Source: Calditrichaceae bacterium
Lineage (GTDB): Bacteria > Calditrichota > Calditrichia > Calditrichales > JBFXGD01
NCBI GenBank assembly: GCA_050178385.1
Contig: JBFXGD010000098.1
Span: 1 to 12,952, forward strand
Length of the DNA: 12,952 nucleotides
Direction: 5' to 3'
How positions within the stretch are numbered: the first letter of the stretch is position 1; each line of letters starts with the position of its first letter. Of the stretch, positions 1 through 7,570 are shown in pieces. Below the pieces are notes generated by a model, which was not told where the DNA came from, did not search any database, and worked only from the letters and a program-made list of their open reading frames with translations. A program made the position numbers and the translations under genes.

Positions 1-82
1 CATAAGTTAAGGCAGCTACCAAAATAAGTATGGTAGATGTAAATACTCCGGCACTTAGTGCTAAAATACCTAATGTATTCAA
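1..82 (-). CDS. nqrF: Na+-NQR subunit F, 5' part only (truncated by window edge)
   Basis: Hand translation from TTG at 82 gives MNTLGILALSAGVFTSTILILVAALTY..., a hydrophobic N-terminal anchor like that of NqrF. GGAG Shine-Dalgarno at about 89-92. Lies directly after nqrE, the canonical position. Confidence 0.8.
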   Translation of the reverse strand, partial: MNTLGILALSAGVFTSTILILVAALTY

Positions 83-97
83 AACCTACTCCGTTTT

Positions 98-709
98 TTA
101 AAGTTGAATGCCTGAAAAAATCATAAAAGCCATTGACATTAATCCGGTAATTAACATGGTGATGCCCAAACCTTTTAGACCACTCGGAACGTTGGAATAA
201 CGAATTTTATGACGAATTGACGCCATGGCAATGATCGCCAGGAACCAGCCGATTCCCGATCCAAAACCAAATACGGCAGATTCACCGATAGTATATTCTC
301 TTTCAACCATAAACAGTGACGCGCCTAAGATTGCGCAGTTAACCGCGATTAATGGTAAAAATATACCCAGTGCCGCGTATAGTTTCGGGGAATACCGGTC
401 AAGTATCATTTCAACCAGCTGAACCATCGCCGCGATTGTCGCGATAAATGTGATAAACCCTAAAAAGCTCAAATCAACTTCAGCTAAACCTGCCCAGGCC
501 AGCGCGCCATCCTTAAGCACATACTGCTGAAGAAGCCAGTTTACGGGTGTGGTTATGGTCAGGACAAATGTAACAGCCAGACCTAAGCCGATGGATGTTT
601 CCACCTTTTTTGAAACAGCCAGGAAAGAACACATCCCAAGGAAGAACGCGAGAAGTATATTCTCTACAAATACCGCTTTGACGAATAAACTTAAATAATG
701 CTCTAACAT
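98..709 (-). CDS. nqrE: Na+-NQR subunit E
   Basis: 203 aa membrane protein starting [27 protein letters not shown] and ending FSGIQL. Has both Fe-ligand Cys ([16 protein letters not shown]). Operon context fits. Confidence 0.97.
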   Translation of the reverse strand: MLEHYLSLFVKAVFVENILLAFFLGMCSFLAVSKKVETSIGLGLAVTFVLTITTPVNWLLQQYVLKDGALAWAGLAEVDLSFLGFITFIATIAAMVQLVEMILDRYSPKLYAALGIFLPLIAVNCAILGASLFMVEREYTIGESAVFGFGSGIGWFLAIIAMASIRHKIRYSNVPSGLKGLGITMLITGLMSMAFMIFSGIQL

Positions 710-726
710 ACTTTCAGCCCCTTCCC

Positions 727-1401
727 TTACTCATGAACCGTTTTTGTGACAGTGCGCTGAACCCAGACAAGAAGGCCCAACAGAATAAACGCGCCGGGAG
801 CGAGAACCATCAATCCCATATTCTCATATCCGGCCGCATAAACGGCATCAGGAATTATTTGAAAGCCCATAAAACTGCCGCTTCCTAGTATTTCCCTTCC
901 GGTGGCGATAACCATCAGAATCCAACCGTATCCAAGGGCATTTCCTAAACCATCTAGAAAGGAAGGCCATGGTTTGTTCTGTAGTGCAAAAGCTTCCGCA
1001 CGACCCATGATAATACAATTGGTAATAATTAAGCCAACAAATACGCTTAGCTGTTTACTGATATCATAAAGATATGCCTTCAATACCTGATCAACAAGGA
1101 TCACAAGAGTTGAAATGACAGCCAACTCAATAATAATGCGAATTTTTGAAGGTATGTATTTACGTAAAACCGAAATACTGACGTTGGACAAAGTGAGTAC
1201 GAACATCACCGCCAGCGACATTACAAGAGCTGTTTTCATCTGGACCGTGACAGCCAGCGCGGAACAAATCCCCAGAACCTGAAAGGTAATCGGATTATTA
1301 TCACTCAGTGGCTCACGAAGAACCCGCATATTTTTTTTAGAAAACAGCTTTTCTTTAGGTTGTTTTACCTGTACGGCTGTTTCTGCTGTTTGATTTGCCA
1401 T
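727..1401 (-). CDS. nqrD: Na+-NQR subunit D
   Basis: Motifs [41 protein letters not shown] and LAPGAF. AGGAGG upstream. ATG directly abuts the nqrC-frame TAA. Confidence 0.97.
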   Translation of the reverse strand: MANQTAETAVQVKQPKEKLFSKKNMRVLREPLSDNNPITFQVLGICSALAVTVQMKTALVMSLAVMFVLTLSNVSISVLRKYIPSKIRIIIELAVISTLVILVDQVLKAYLYDISKQLSVFVGLIITNCIIMGRAEAFALQNKPWPSFLDGLGNALGYGWILMVIATGREILGSGSFMGFQIIPDAVYAAGYENMGLMVLAPGAFILLGLLVWVQRTVTKTVHE

Positions 1402-2133
1402 TTATATCACGCCCTCCTGTTTTCTTTCTTTAACTTTATTAAAGAAGGGTTCATAGGTCTTTAAATCTAGTTTTAAGAAGTTTTCCACTCCCCTGCCTGT
1501 CAATGTCGCTCCGCTGATCCCGTCAACATAGTGATAAGCTTCTGCTTCAGGAATTTTATCCGCTACTTTTCCTTTAACTACACCGATCGAAACCAGGTTA
1601 CCAGTGTCATCCGAAAATCACTAACCATAAAAATTATCGGTAAACCATGTTTTATCTATTTCGCCACCGAGACCGGGTGTCTCACCGTGCTTGTAGAATG
1701 TAATTCCATGAATCGTAACACCGTCAATATCAATTGCAAGGTAACCATAAATTGTAGACCACAATCCTTTTCCGGAAATTGGAATGATATAAGCGAGAAT
1801 CTTGCCATTGTCCATATGCTCATAAAGCGGGTAAAGATTAAAATCTACTTTGGGATTTAAGTCTTCAGGCTTTTTCCCTTCAATGACATTTCCACTATCA
1901 TCGATGACAGATTCGTTAATATTCTCAGTATATTTTTTTTGAATCTCCGTTCGTGTAAAAGATTCACCGTTATCCGGCTGGACACCAACCGAAATAAGAA
2001 TATTTTTCTTTATATCTAAAACCTCGTTCTCGGCCTGCCTGTTCTTTAGCAGTGTGGCGGCACTCGCCAGCAAAACACTGCACACCAGAGTGACTATGGC
2101 CGCAAAACGAAAGGTATAAGCATTAGTATGCAC
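1402..2133 (-). pseudogene. nqrC: Na+-NQR subunit C, full-length frame interrupted by tandem in-frame TAG-TGA at 1618-1623 (pseudogene, assembly error or recoded gene)
   Basis: GTG start at 2133 with AGGAGG 7 nt upstream. Motifs GKGLWSTIYGY and HGETPGLGGEI. The same frame continues after the two stops as FSDDTGNLVSIGVVKGKVADKIPEAEAYHYVDGISGATLTGRGVENFLKLDLKTYEPFFNKVKERKQEGVI, ending at TAA 1404-1402. It includes the SGAT FMN-acceptor Thr (codon 1506-1504). Confidence 0.9.
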
Positions 2134-3310
2134 GGCTTAACCTCCTCTTTATATTTGCCTTTACGACAAAATAGTCGATCAAGGGTGAAAAGATGTTCAT
2201 AAATAATATGGCCAGCATCATCCCCTCAGGATATGCCGGATTCACCGTACGAATTAACACAGCGAGCGCGCCGATCAGCAGACCGTAAATCCATTTCCCC
2301 AGATTTGTTTGTGAGGCTGAAACAGGATCAGTCGCCATAAATACCGCGCCGAACGCAAAGCCGCCCATCACCAGATGATAATATGAAGGCAGTGTAAACA
2401 TACCCGTCGAAGCCGCGCCGGCGAGACTATTCATCAGAAAAGCCGTTAAACCGCCTCCGACAAACACCGAAACCATAATCCGCCAGCTTCCCACCCCGGT
2501 GACAATTAGAATCAGAGCGCCGATCAGAATAGCCAGTGTTGAAGTTTCTCCTATGCTTCCGGGTATCAATCCTATAAACATGTCATAAAAACTGAATCCC
2601 GCGTCAGTCACGCTTTTAACCGCGGATCCACCCGGTTCAGTCCCCGCAGCAACCAGCAATGGGGTCGCCCCGGAAAAACCATCAATTACCTTATCTTTTG
2701 CCAGATCAATAGCAGTCCATACTTTGTCGCCGGAAATTTTTCCCGGATAAGCGAAGAATACAAATGCTCTTGCCGTCAATGCCGGATTAAGAATATTCAT
2801 ACCGGTTCCGCCAAATACTTCTTTCCCGATAACCACGCCGAATGTGATCGCCACAGCCACTTCCCACAAGGGAATGGTCGGTGGAAGCGTCAGCGGAAAC
2901 AAAATACCGGTAACCAGAAATCCTTCATTAATCTCATGTTTGCGGATAATGGCGAACAGAACTTCCCAGAAACCGCCTACTGCATATGAAACCAGCACAA
3001 TTGGCAGCATTTTTAACATACCGTTCAAAAAAGCATCCCAAATCGTGAATTCCATACCGATTGCGTTAAAATGCTGATAGCCGATATTATACGCGCCGAC
3101 CAAAATAGCAGGCAGCAACGCAATCACAACCACCATCATAAATCTTTTTATATCAAAAGCGTCTCTGATGTGCGGACCTTTTTTAGTACGGTCGCTTGTC
3201 CAGAATAAAATTGTATCCGCGGCTTCGTAAAGAGGAAAATATTTTTCATATTTTCCACCTTTTCCGAACAACGGTTTATTTTTCTCTAATAAATTTTGCA
3301 ATGCTTTCAA
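2123..3310 (-). CDS. nqrB: Na+-NQR subunit B
   Basis: 395 aa, TTG start. Motifs HIRDAFDIKR, HEINEGFLVT, GKEVFGGTGMNILNPAL, FMN site DGFSGATPL, GSIGETS, FMATDPVSA and NPAYPEGMMLAIL. Overlaps the nqrC start by 11 nt. Confidence 0.98.
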   Translation of the reverse strand: MKALQNLLEKNKPLFGKGGKYEKYFPLYEAADTILFWTSDRTKKGPHIRDAFDIKRFMMVVVIALLPAILVGAYNIGYQHFNAIGMEFTIWDAFLNGMLKMLPIVLVSYAVGGFWEVLFAIIRKHEINEGFLVTGILFPLTLPPTIPLWEVAVAITFGVVIGKEVFGGTGMNILNPALTARAFVFFAYPGKISGDKVWTAIDLAKDKVIDGFSGATPLLVAAGTEPGGSAVKSVTDAGFSFYDMFIGLIPGSIGETSTLAILIGALILIVTGVGSWRIMVSVFVGGGLTAFLMNSLAGAASTGMFTLPSYYHLVMGGFAFGAVFMATDPVSASQTNLGKWIYGLLIGALAVLIRTVNPAYPEGMMLAILFMNIFSPLIDYFVVKANIKRRLSRAY

Positions 3311-3354
3311 TTTTGTTCACCTTCTTGTTATATTACCTGACATATGAACATCAA

Positions 3355-4719
3355 TTAACCTTCGCGTTCCATAAAATCCAGACCCTTTCTGAGAATTTCA
3401 CCAAAATCGGTCTTAGAAGGACAAATATAACTGCACAAAGCCAAATCTTCTTCATCACATTCAAGAATTCCGAGCCCTTCCATTTCAACAAAATCCTCGG
3501 CCATTATACTTTTTGCCAGGTGAACCGGCAAAATATCCATTGGGAGAAATTTTTCGTAATCGCCGGACTGGATAAACGCGCGCTTTCCGCCAAAAACTTT
3601 TGTATCCAGAACAAACTCTTTGGAAGGAAGCCAGGATGAGAGAAATGATTTTGAGTAACTGAGCATGTCAGATCCCGGGAAAAACCATCCCATCAATCTT
3701 CTCTTTTTATCACCTTCAGGAATCACCGTTATCAGATTATCATAGAATCCCACATACCCTGCAGGTGAAATTTTTCTTCCGGTGAGAACATTGCCAAGAA
3801 GAAATCTGACCTCTTTATCGACCACTGATCCTTCGGGAACAAGAGCTGTAACAGGAGCCCCCAAAATGGTCTTATAGTAGCTCCTTTTATCGATGGAAGA
3901 ACCTGCTGTCGCCACAATTCTTTCTGACGGGAATACACCCGTGGTAAATAGCTTACCGATGAGCGCCACAATATAAGGCTGAACGTACCAGATAACATCC
4001 CCTGATCTGATTGGTTTGATGTGATGAATATGCACACCTACATTTCCGGCAGGATGAGGACCGGAAAACGTATTTTTTTCAACCCCTGCCGCCTTTTCGA
4101 AAGCCGGAATCTGGGATTTTTTTCTTCCGTCCAGGGACAAATAAACCTTGCCATCTGTTAATTTACCCAGTAAATCCAGACCCACCTGAAAATGTTCTTC
4201 TTCACCCTGAAGAAGAAAAGAAGGATCGGCAGCGAGAGGCGCTGTATCCATCGCAGAGACAAAAATATCCCGGGGCGTATCGCGATGATTGGCGATTTTG
4301 TTGAATGGACGCTGTCTCAGATAGGGCCACATACCGCTGTTCAGCAAGTGGGCAACCACCTGTTCGCGACTCAGTTTTTTTACATCGCTGGCAGTCCATT
4401 TTTCAAATGCTTCAGGAGTGTTCTTGTGATCGTTTTCGATCACAACCTCCAGTAACATTCTGCGTTCTCCCCGGTTAATCTGTGCAACCTTTCCGCTTAC
4501 AGGAGATACAAATTTGAGATCGGGATTGGCCTTGTCTGCAAAAAGAACCGTACCAATCTTCACATCATCTCCGGCTTCAACCATCAAACGAGCTTTTATC
4601 CCCCGAAACTCATTCGGCTGCAGCGCAACCAGATCGGGCTCTGGCAACTCATTTAATGTAAGCTCTGACTTGCCGGCTATTTTAATTTCATAGCCTTTTT
4701 TTAATTTAAATTCCGCCAT
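3355..4719 (-). CDS. nqrA: Na+-NQR subunit A
   Basis: 454 aa. Motifs KLKKGYEIKIAG, SPVSGKV..INRGERR, RQRPF, DTAPLA, FSGPHPAGNVGVHIH and EEDLALCSYICPSK. First gene of the operon. Confidence 0.98.
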   Translation of the reverse strand: MAEFKLKKGYEIKIAGKSELTLNELPEPDLVALQPNEFRGIKARLMVEAGDDVKIGTVLFADKANPDLKFVSPVSGKVAQINRGERRMLLEVVIENDHKNTPEAFEKWTASDVKKLSREQVVAHLLNSGMWPYLRQRPFNKIANHRDTPRDIFVSAMDTAPLAADPSFLLQGEEEHFQVGLDLLGKLTDGKVYLSLDGRKKSQIPAFEKAAGVEKNTFSGPHPAGNVGVHIHHIKPIRSGDVIWYVQPYIVALIGKLFTTGVFPSERIVATAGSSIDKRSYYKTILGAPVTALVPEGSVVDKEVRFLLGNVLTGRKISPAGYVGFYDNLITVIPEGDKKRRLMGWFFPGSDMLSYSKSFLSSWLPSKEFVLDTKVFGGKRAFIQSGDYEKFLPMDILPVHLAKSIMAEDFVEMEGLGILECDEEDLALCSYICPSKTDFGEILRKGLDFMEREG

Positions 4720-4764
4720 AACAGATCCTATTTTACCCTTTGGTTTCTGCTACAATTTTAAGCA

Positions 4765-4773
4765 ATTATATCA
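4765..4773 (-). promoter_or_regulatory. Putative extended -10 promoter (TGnTATAAT) for the nqr operon
   Basis: Minus strand reads TGATATAAT, about 45 nt upstream of the nqrA ATG. No optimally spaced -35 seen. The region is AT-rich, so chance is possible. Confidence 0.5.
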
Positions 4774-4808
4774 ATTATTTTAGTCAATTTTCGCAAATCT
4801 GTTCTATT

Positions 4809-4826
4809 TAATGATTACATTCACAA
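4809..4826. promoter_or_regulatory. Putative Rex- or CRP/FNR-family operator
   Basis: TAATGAT-TACA-TTCACAA against the Rex consensus TTGTGAA-N4-TTCACAA: right arm 7/7, left arm 4/7. Also fits TGTGA-N6-TCACA. Confidence 0.4.
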
Positions 4827-4944
4827 TATATTTTTTTAAAAACGTAATCTAATAAAAATTTTCTATCCAATCAAAATAAATATTTAACTTCTTTTTTATT
4901 ATTTCTTTCAATAAAAAGCTAAAATAAACAAATGATTATGATAC

Positions 4945-4973
4945 TTGAATTATTTTATATTTTAAGATAAATT
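4945..4973 (+). promoter_or_regulatory. Putative sigma70 promoter for pgsA-pgpA-cinA
   Basis: TTGAAT-N17-TAAATT, about 80 nt upstream of pgsA. Confidence 0.35.
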
Positions 4974-5051
4974 TATTCTTTTAATTTTAATTAACTTAAA
5001 CCAAAAAAAATGTTCGGTTTTTATGAATAGTAACAAACAGATTTACTCCAT

Positions 5052-5663
5052 ATGAAATTGACCATTCCAAATCAATTAACGATGATCAGAATGATTCTGA
5101 CTCCGGTTTTTCTGTATTTTATTATACAGCCTGACCAGAATCTGATCATGCTTGCAAGTATTATATTCATGTTTGCGGCGCTGACAGACTGGTATGACGG
5201 ATATATCGCCCGGAGATTGAATTTGACCTCCCGGTGGGGACAATTTATGGACCCCTTTGCCGATAAAATACTTGTTTCTTCAGCTCTGGGAGCATTTGCA
5301 TATCTAAATTATATATACTGGTGGATGGTTATTATTATCGTGTTCAGGGATTTTCTTATCACATTTTTGAGGAGTTATGCTTTGTACAGAGGCAAAGCTA
5401 TCATCACCAGTAATTTTGCAAAATGGAAAACATTTTTCCAGATGGTATTCATTATTGCACTGATGGTCTATATCAATATCCCGCAATTACCGGATATACA
5501 TCTAAATCAAGGGGTTAATCCCCTCTTATTGTGGACGACGCTCTTCCTCTCTGTGGTTGTTCTGCTTACCGCAATAAGCGGTATCCATTACCTGATAGTA
5601 AACCGGTCACACACAATAGAAATTTGGCGAAGATTTTCACGATCAGTTTTTTACAAGGAGTAG
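5052..5663 (+). CDS. pgsA: CDP-diacylglycerol--glycerol-3-phosphate 3-phosphatidyltransferase
   Basis: TIPNQLTMIR start and the CDP-alcohol phosphotransferase motif TDWYDGYIARRLNLTSRWGQFMDPFADK, plus AKWKTFFQM. Adjacent to pgpA and cinA. Confidence 0.92.
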   Translation: MKLTIPNQLTMIRMILTPVFLYFIIQPDQNLIMLASIIFMFAALTDWYDGYIARRLNLTSRWGQFMDPFADKILVSSALGAFAYLNYIYWWMVIIIVFRDFLITFLRSYALYRGKAIITSNFAKWKTFFQMVFIIALMVYINIPQLPDIHLNQGVNPLLLWTTLFLSVVVLLTAISGIHYLIVNRSHTIEIWRRFSRSVFYKE

Positions 5664-5666
5664 CGT

Positions 5667-6125
5667 TTGCGTAAACTAAAGCAATTTCTGATATATTTTA
5701 TCGGCACCGGCGCCGGAAGCGGATACGCCCCTTTTGCACCCGGGACAGCAGGAAGCCTTGTTGGTCTTATTTTGTTTTACCTGATTCCTTTTTCTTCTGA
5801 AGCCTGGCTTGGAATAATTACTCTCATTTTTTTTGTGGGAGTATGGACATCATCCGAAATTGAGAAAAATCACGGAACAGATCCGGGTCTTGTTGTAATT
5901 GATGAGGTGGCGGGGATCTGGATATCGCTTATTTTTTTACCAAAAACCATTCCCGTCTTCATTTTGGGGTTCTTGTTTTTTCGGATTTTTGATATCTGGA
6001 AACCGGCCCCCGCGCGTCAGTCACAGGACTTAAAAGCCGGTTGGGGAATAATGATCGATGATGTTATAGCCGGCATTTATTCAAATATATTGCTTCAAAT
6101 AATAGTTTACAGCGGAATTATATGA
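5667..6125 (+). CDS. pgpA: Phosphatidylglycerophosphatase A
   Basis: TTG start. Motifs GSGYAPFAPGTAGSL, DPGLVVIDEVAG, FRIFDIWKPAP and GWGIMIDDVIAG. Confidence 0.96.
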   Translation: MRKLKQFLIYFIGTGAGSGYAPFAPGTAGSLVGLILFYLIPFSSEAWLGIITLIFFVGVWTSSEIEKNHGTDPGLVVIDEVAGIWISLIFLPKTIPVFILGFLFFRIFDIWKPAPARQSQDLKAGWGIMIDDVIAGIYSNILLQIIVYSGII

Positions 6126-7372
6126 TGAAAAAGAAACAGGCGGAATTAATCTCTATCGGAAATGAACTTCTGGCCGGTTACACAATAAATACCAATTCTT
6201 CCTTTATCGCGCAGAATCTGCTTAAGATAGGATTGCCGGTCAGCTGGATTTCGACTATAAGTGATGAACACGGTGAAATTATCCGGGCATTAGAACTGGC
6301 TAACAAAAGAGCTGACGCGGTGATCATAACGGGGGGGCTCGGGCCGACCCCCGATGATATTACAAAAAACAGTATCTGTGAGTATTTTGACACATCTCTT
6401 GTTGAGAACAGTCAAATATTGGAAGATGTTGAAAAATTTTTAGCCAACCGTGGATTATCCATCCTTGAATCAAATCGCGGTCAGGCGATGGTCCCGGTTT
6501 CAGCTGAAATTTTACGGAATTCAGTGGGCACAGCGCCGGGCCTGCTCTTGAAAAAGGAAAATACTTTCTTTTTTTTCACACCCGGAGTTCCGAGAGAAAT
6601 GAAATTTCTGGTCATTGAATATATATTGCCTCATCTTTCGAAAAATCTGGACCTGCCTGTCGTTCAAACACGATTATTAAGAACTACCGGAATCGCTGAA
6701 TCACGATTATATGAAACGATGAAAGAATTAATGTCTGCAAACCCTGAGTATCAGATCGCTTTCCTGCCCAGACATATAGGAGTGGATCTCAGATTTCGCC
6801 TGATTACCGAAAAAGGCAAGGATGTGGAGGCTTTCGAAAACTTTATCTCCGAAATACGAAAGAAGATCCAAAAATACATTTTTACTGACCGGGAAATTGA
6901 TCTGGAGGAGAAACTCGGTGAGATACTTAAAGAAAAAAAATTGTCCTTAGCCACGGCGGAGAGCTTTACGGGAGGGCTTTTATCTGACTGGATCACCAAC
7001 ATCCCCGGCAGTTCGGAATATTATTTTGGCGGGCATATTACATATAATAATGAAAGCAAGATCAAATATCTTGGAGTCTCGTCTGAAACTATAAACACCC
7101 ATGGCGCCGTCAGTAAAGAAACCGCTCTGGAAATGGTGAGAGGCGTTCGGAAATCTTTTAATTCGGACTGCGCGATAGCCACTACCGGAATTGCCGGCCC
7201 CGGGGGCGCAACTTCTGAAAAAGCGGTCGGATTATGCTATATAGCAGCAATATCGGGCAATCAGGAGGTCGTTAAAGAATTTCACTTCGGAAAGGACCGT
7301 GAGATAAATAAAATGAGGGGCGCCGTCGCCGGGCTTGAATTATTAAGACGGCTTCTGCTGAAAATCAGTTAA
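6122..7372 (+). CDS. cinA: Competence/damage-inducible protein CinA (MocF-like ADP-ribose pyrophosphatase domain fused to PncC NMN deamidase)
   Basis: N-domain IGNELLAG..NTN, TGGLGPTPDDIT, GTAPG and PGVPREM. C-domain AESFTGG, GSSEYY, HGAVSKETA and TTGIAGPGG. ATGA overlap with pgpA. Confidence 0.96.
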   Translation: MMKKKQAELISIGNELLAGYTINTNSSFIAQNLLKIGLPVSWISTISDEHGEIIRALELANKRADAVIITGGLGPTPDDITKNSICEYFDTSLVENSQILEDVEKFLANRGLSILESNRGQAMVPVSAEILRNSVGTAPGLLLKKENTFFFFTPGVPREMKFLVIEYILPHLSKNLDLPVVQTRLLRTTGIAESRLYETMKELMSANPEYQIAFLPRHIGVDLRFRLITEKGKDVEAFENFISEIRKKIQKYIFTDREIDLEEKLGEILKEKKLSLATAESFTGGLLSDWITNIPGSSEYYFGGHITYNNESKIKYLGVSSETINTHGAVSKETALEMVRGVRKSFNSDCAIATTGIAGPGGATSEKAVGLCYIAAISGNQEVVKEFHFGKDREINKMRGAVAGLELLRRLLLKIS

Positions 7373-7377
7373 CAAAA

Positions 7378-7398
7378 CAAACGGTTTTGATCCGTTTG
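7378..7398 (+). terminator. Hairpin directly after cinA, possible terminator or processing stem
   Basis: CAAACGG-TTTTGAT-CCGTTTG, a perfect 7-bp stem starting 5 nt after the cinA stop. Poor U-tract on +, better on -. Confidence 0.45.
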
Positions 7399-7454
7399 GT
7401 ATATAATAATATTCATTCTAGAGAGAAATGATTCAGATCTTAAAACTTTTTTTG

Positions 7455-7482
7455 TTGCAATAAGGTAATTTTTTTTTATTTT
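7455..7482 (+). promoter_or_regulatory. Putative internal promoter for thpR-recA
   Basis: TTGCAA-N16-TATTTT in the 198-nt AT-rich gap after the cinA hairpin. Confidence 0.3.
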
Positions 7483-7570
7483 TTATATAGCGTAACAAAT
7501 ATTTACTATTTTTCAAATAAGTATTCAATCCTCCCGCAGAAGATATGAGACCTTTAAACGGAATATTATT

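Noticed and set aside
1618..1623. Genome-wide stop-codon reassignment (code 4, 15 or 25) as the explanation for the nqrC stops
   Set aside because: TAG ends pgsA, recA, recX and nqrB and TGA ends pgpA at expected lengths, and no other gene in the window has internal stops.
1611..1640. Invertible phase-variation switch between the CCGA(A/T)AAT arms
   Set aside because: Inverting between the arms gives ACC GAA/GAT AAT CAC TAA, still a stop and not NqrC-like. No recombinase is nearby.
1621..2133. 170-aa ORF as a complete stand-alone NqrC, or a simple frameshift
   Set aside because: It lacks the SGAT FMN site, and the missing part follows in the same frame, so there is no net frameshift.
225..4455. 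Small ORFs 225-422, 1531-1860, 2844-3077, 3196-3639, 3732-4037, 4192-4455 and 4202-4399
   Set aside because: Antisense or off-frame shadows within nqr genes, with no recognisable motifs.
4720..5051. Very AT-rich stretch as foreign DNA, replication origin or ncRNA
   Set aside because: Consistent with an ordinary divergent promoter region. No DnaA-box cluster, repeat array or stable GC-rich structure was seen.
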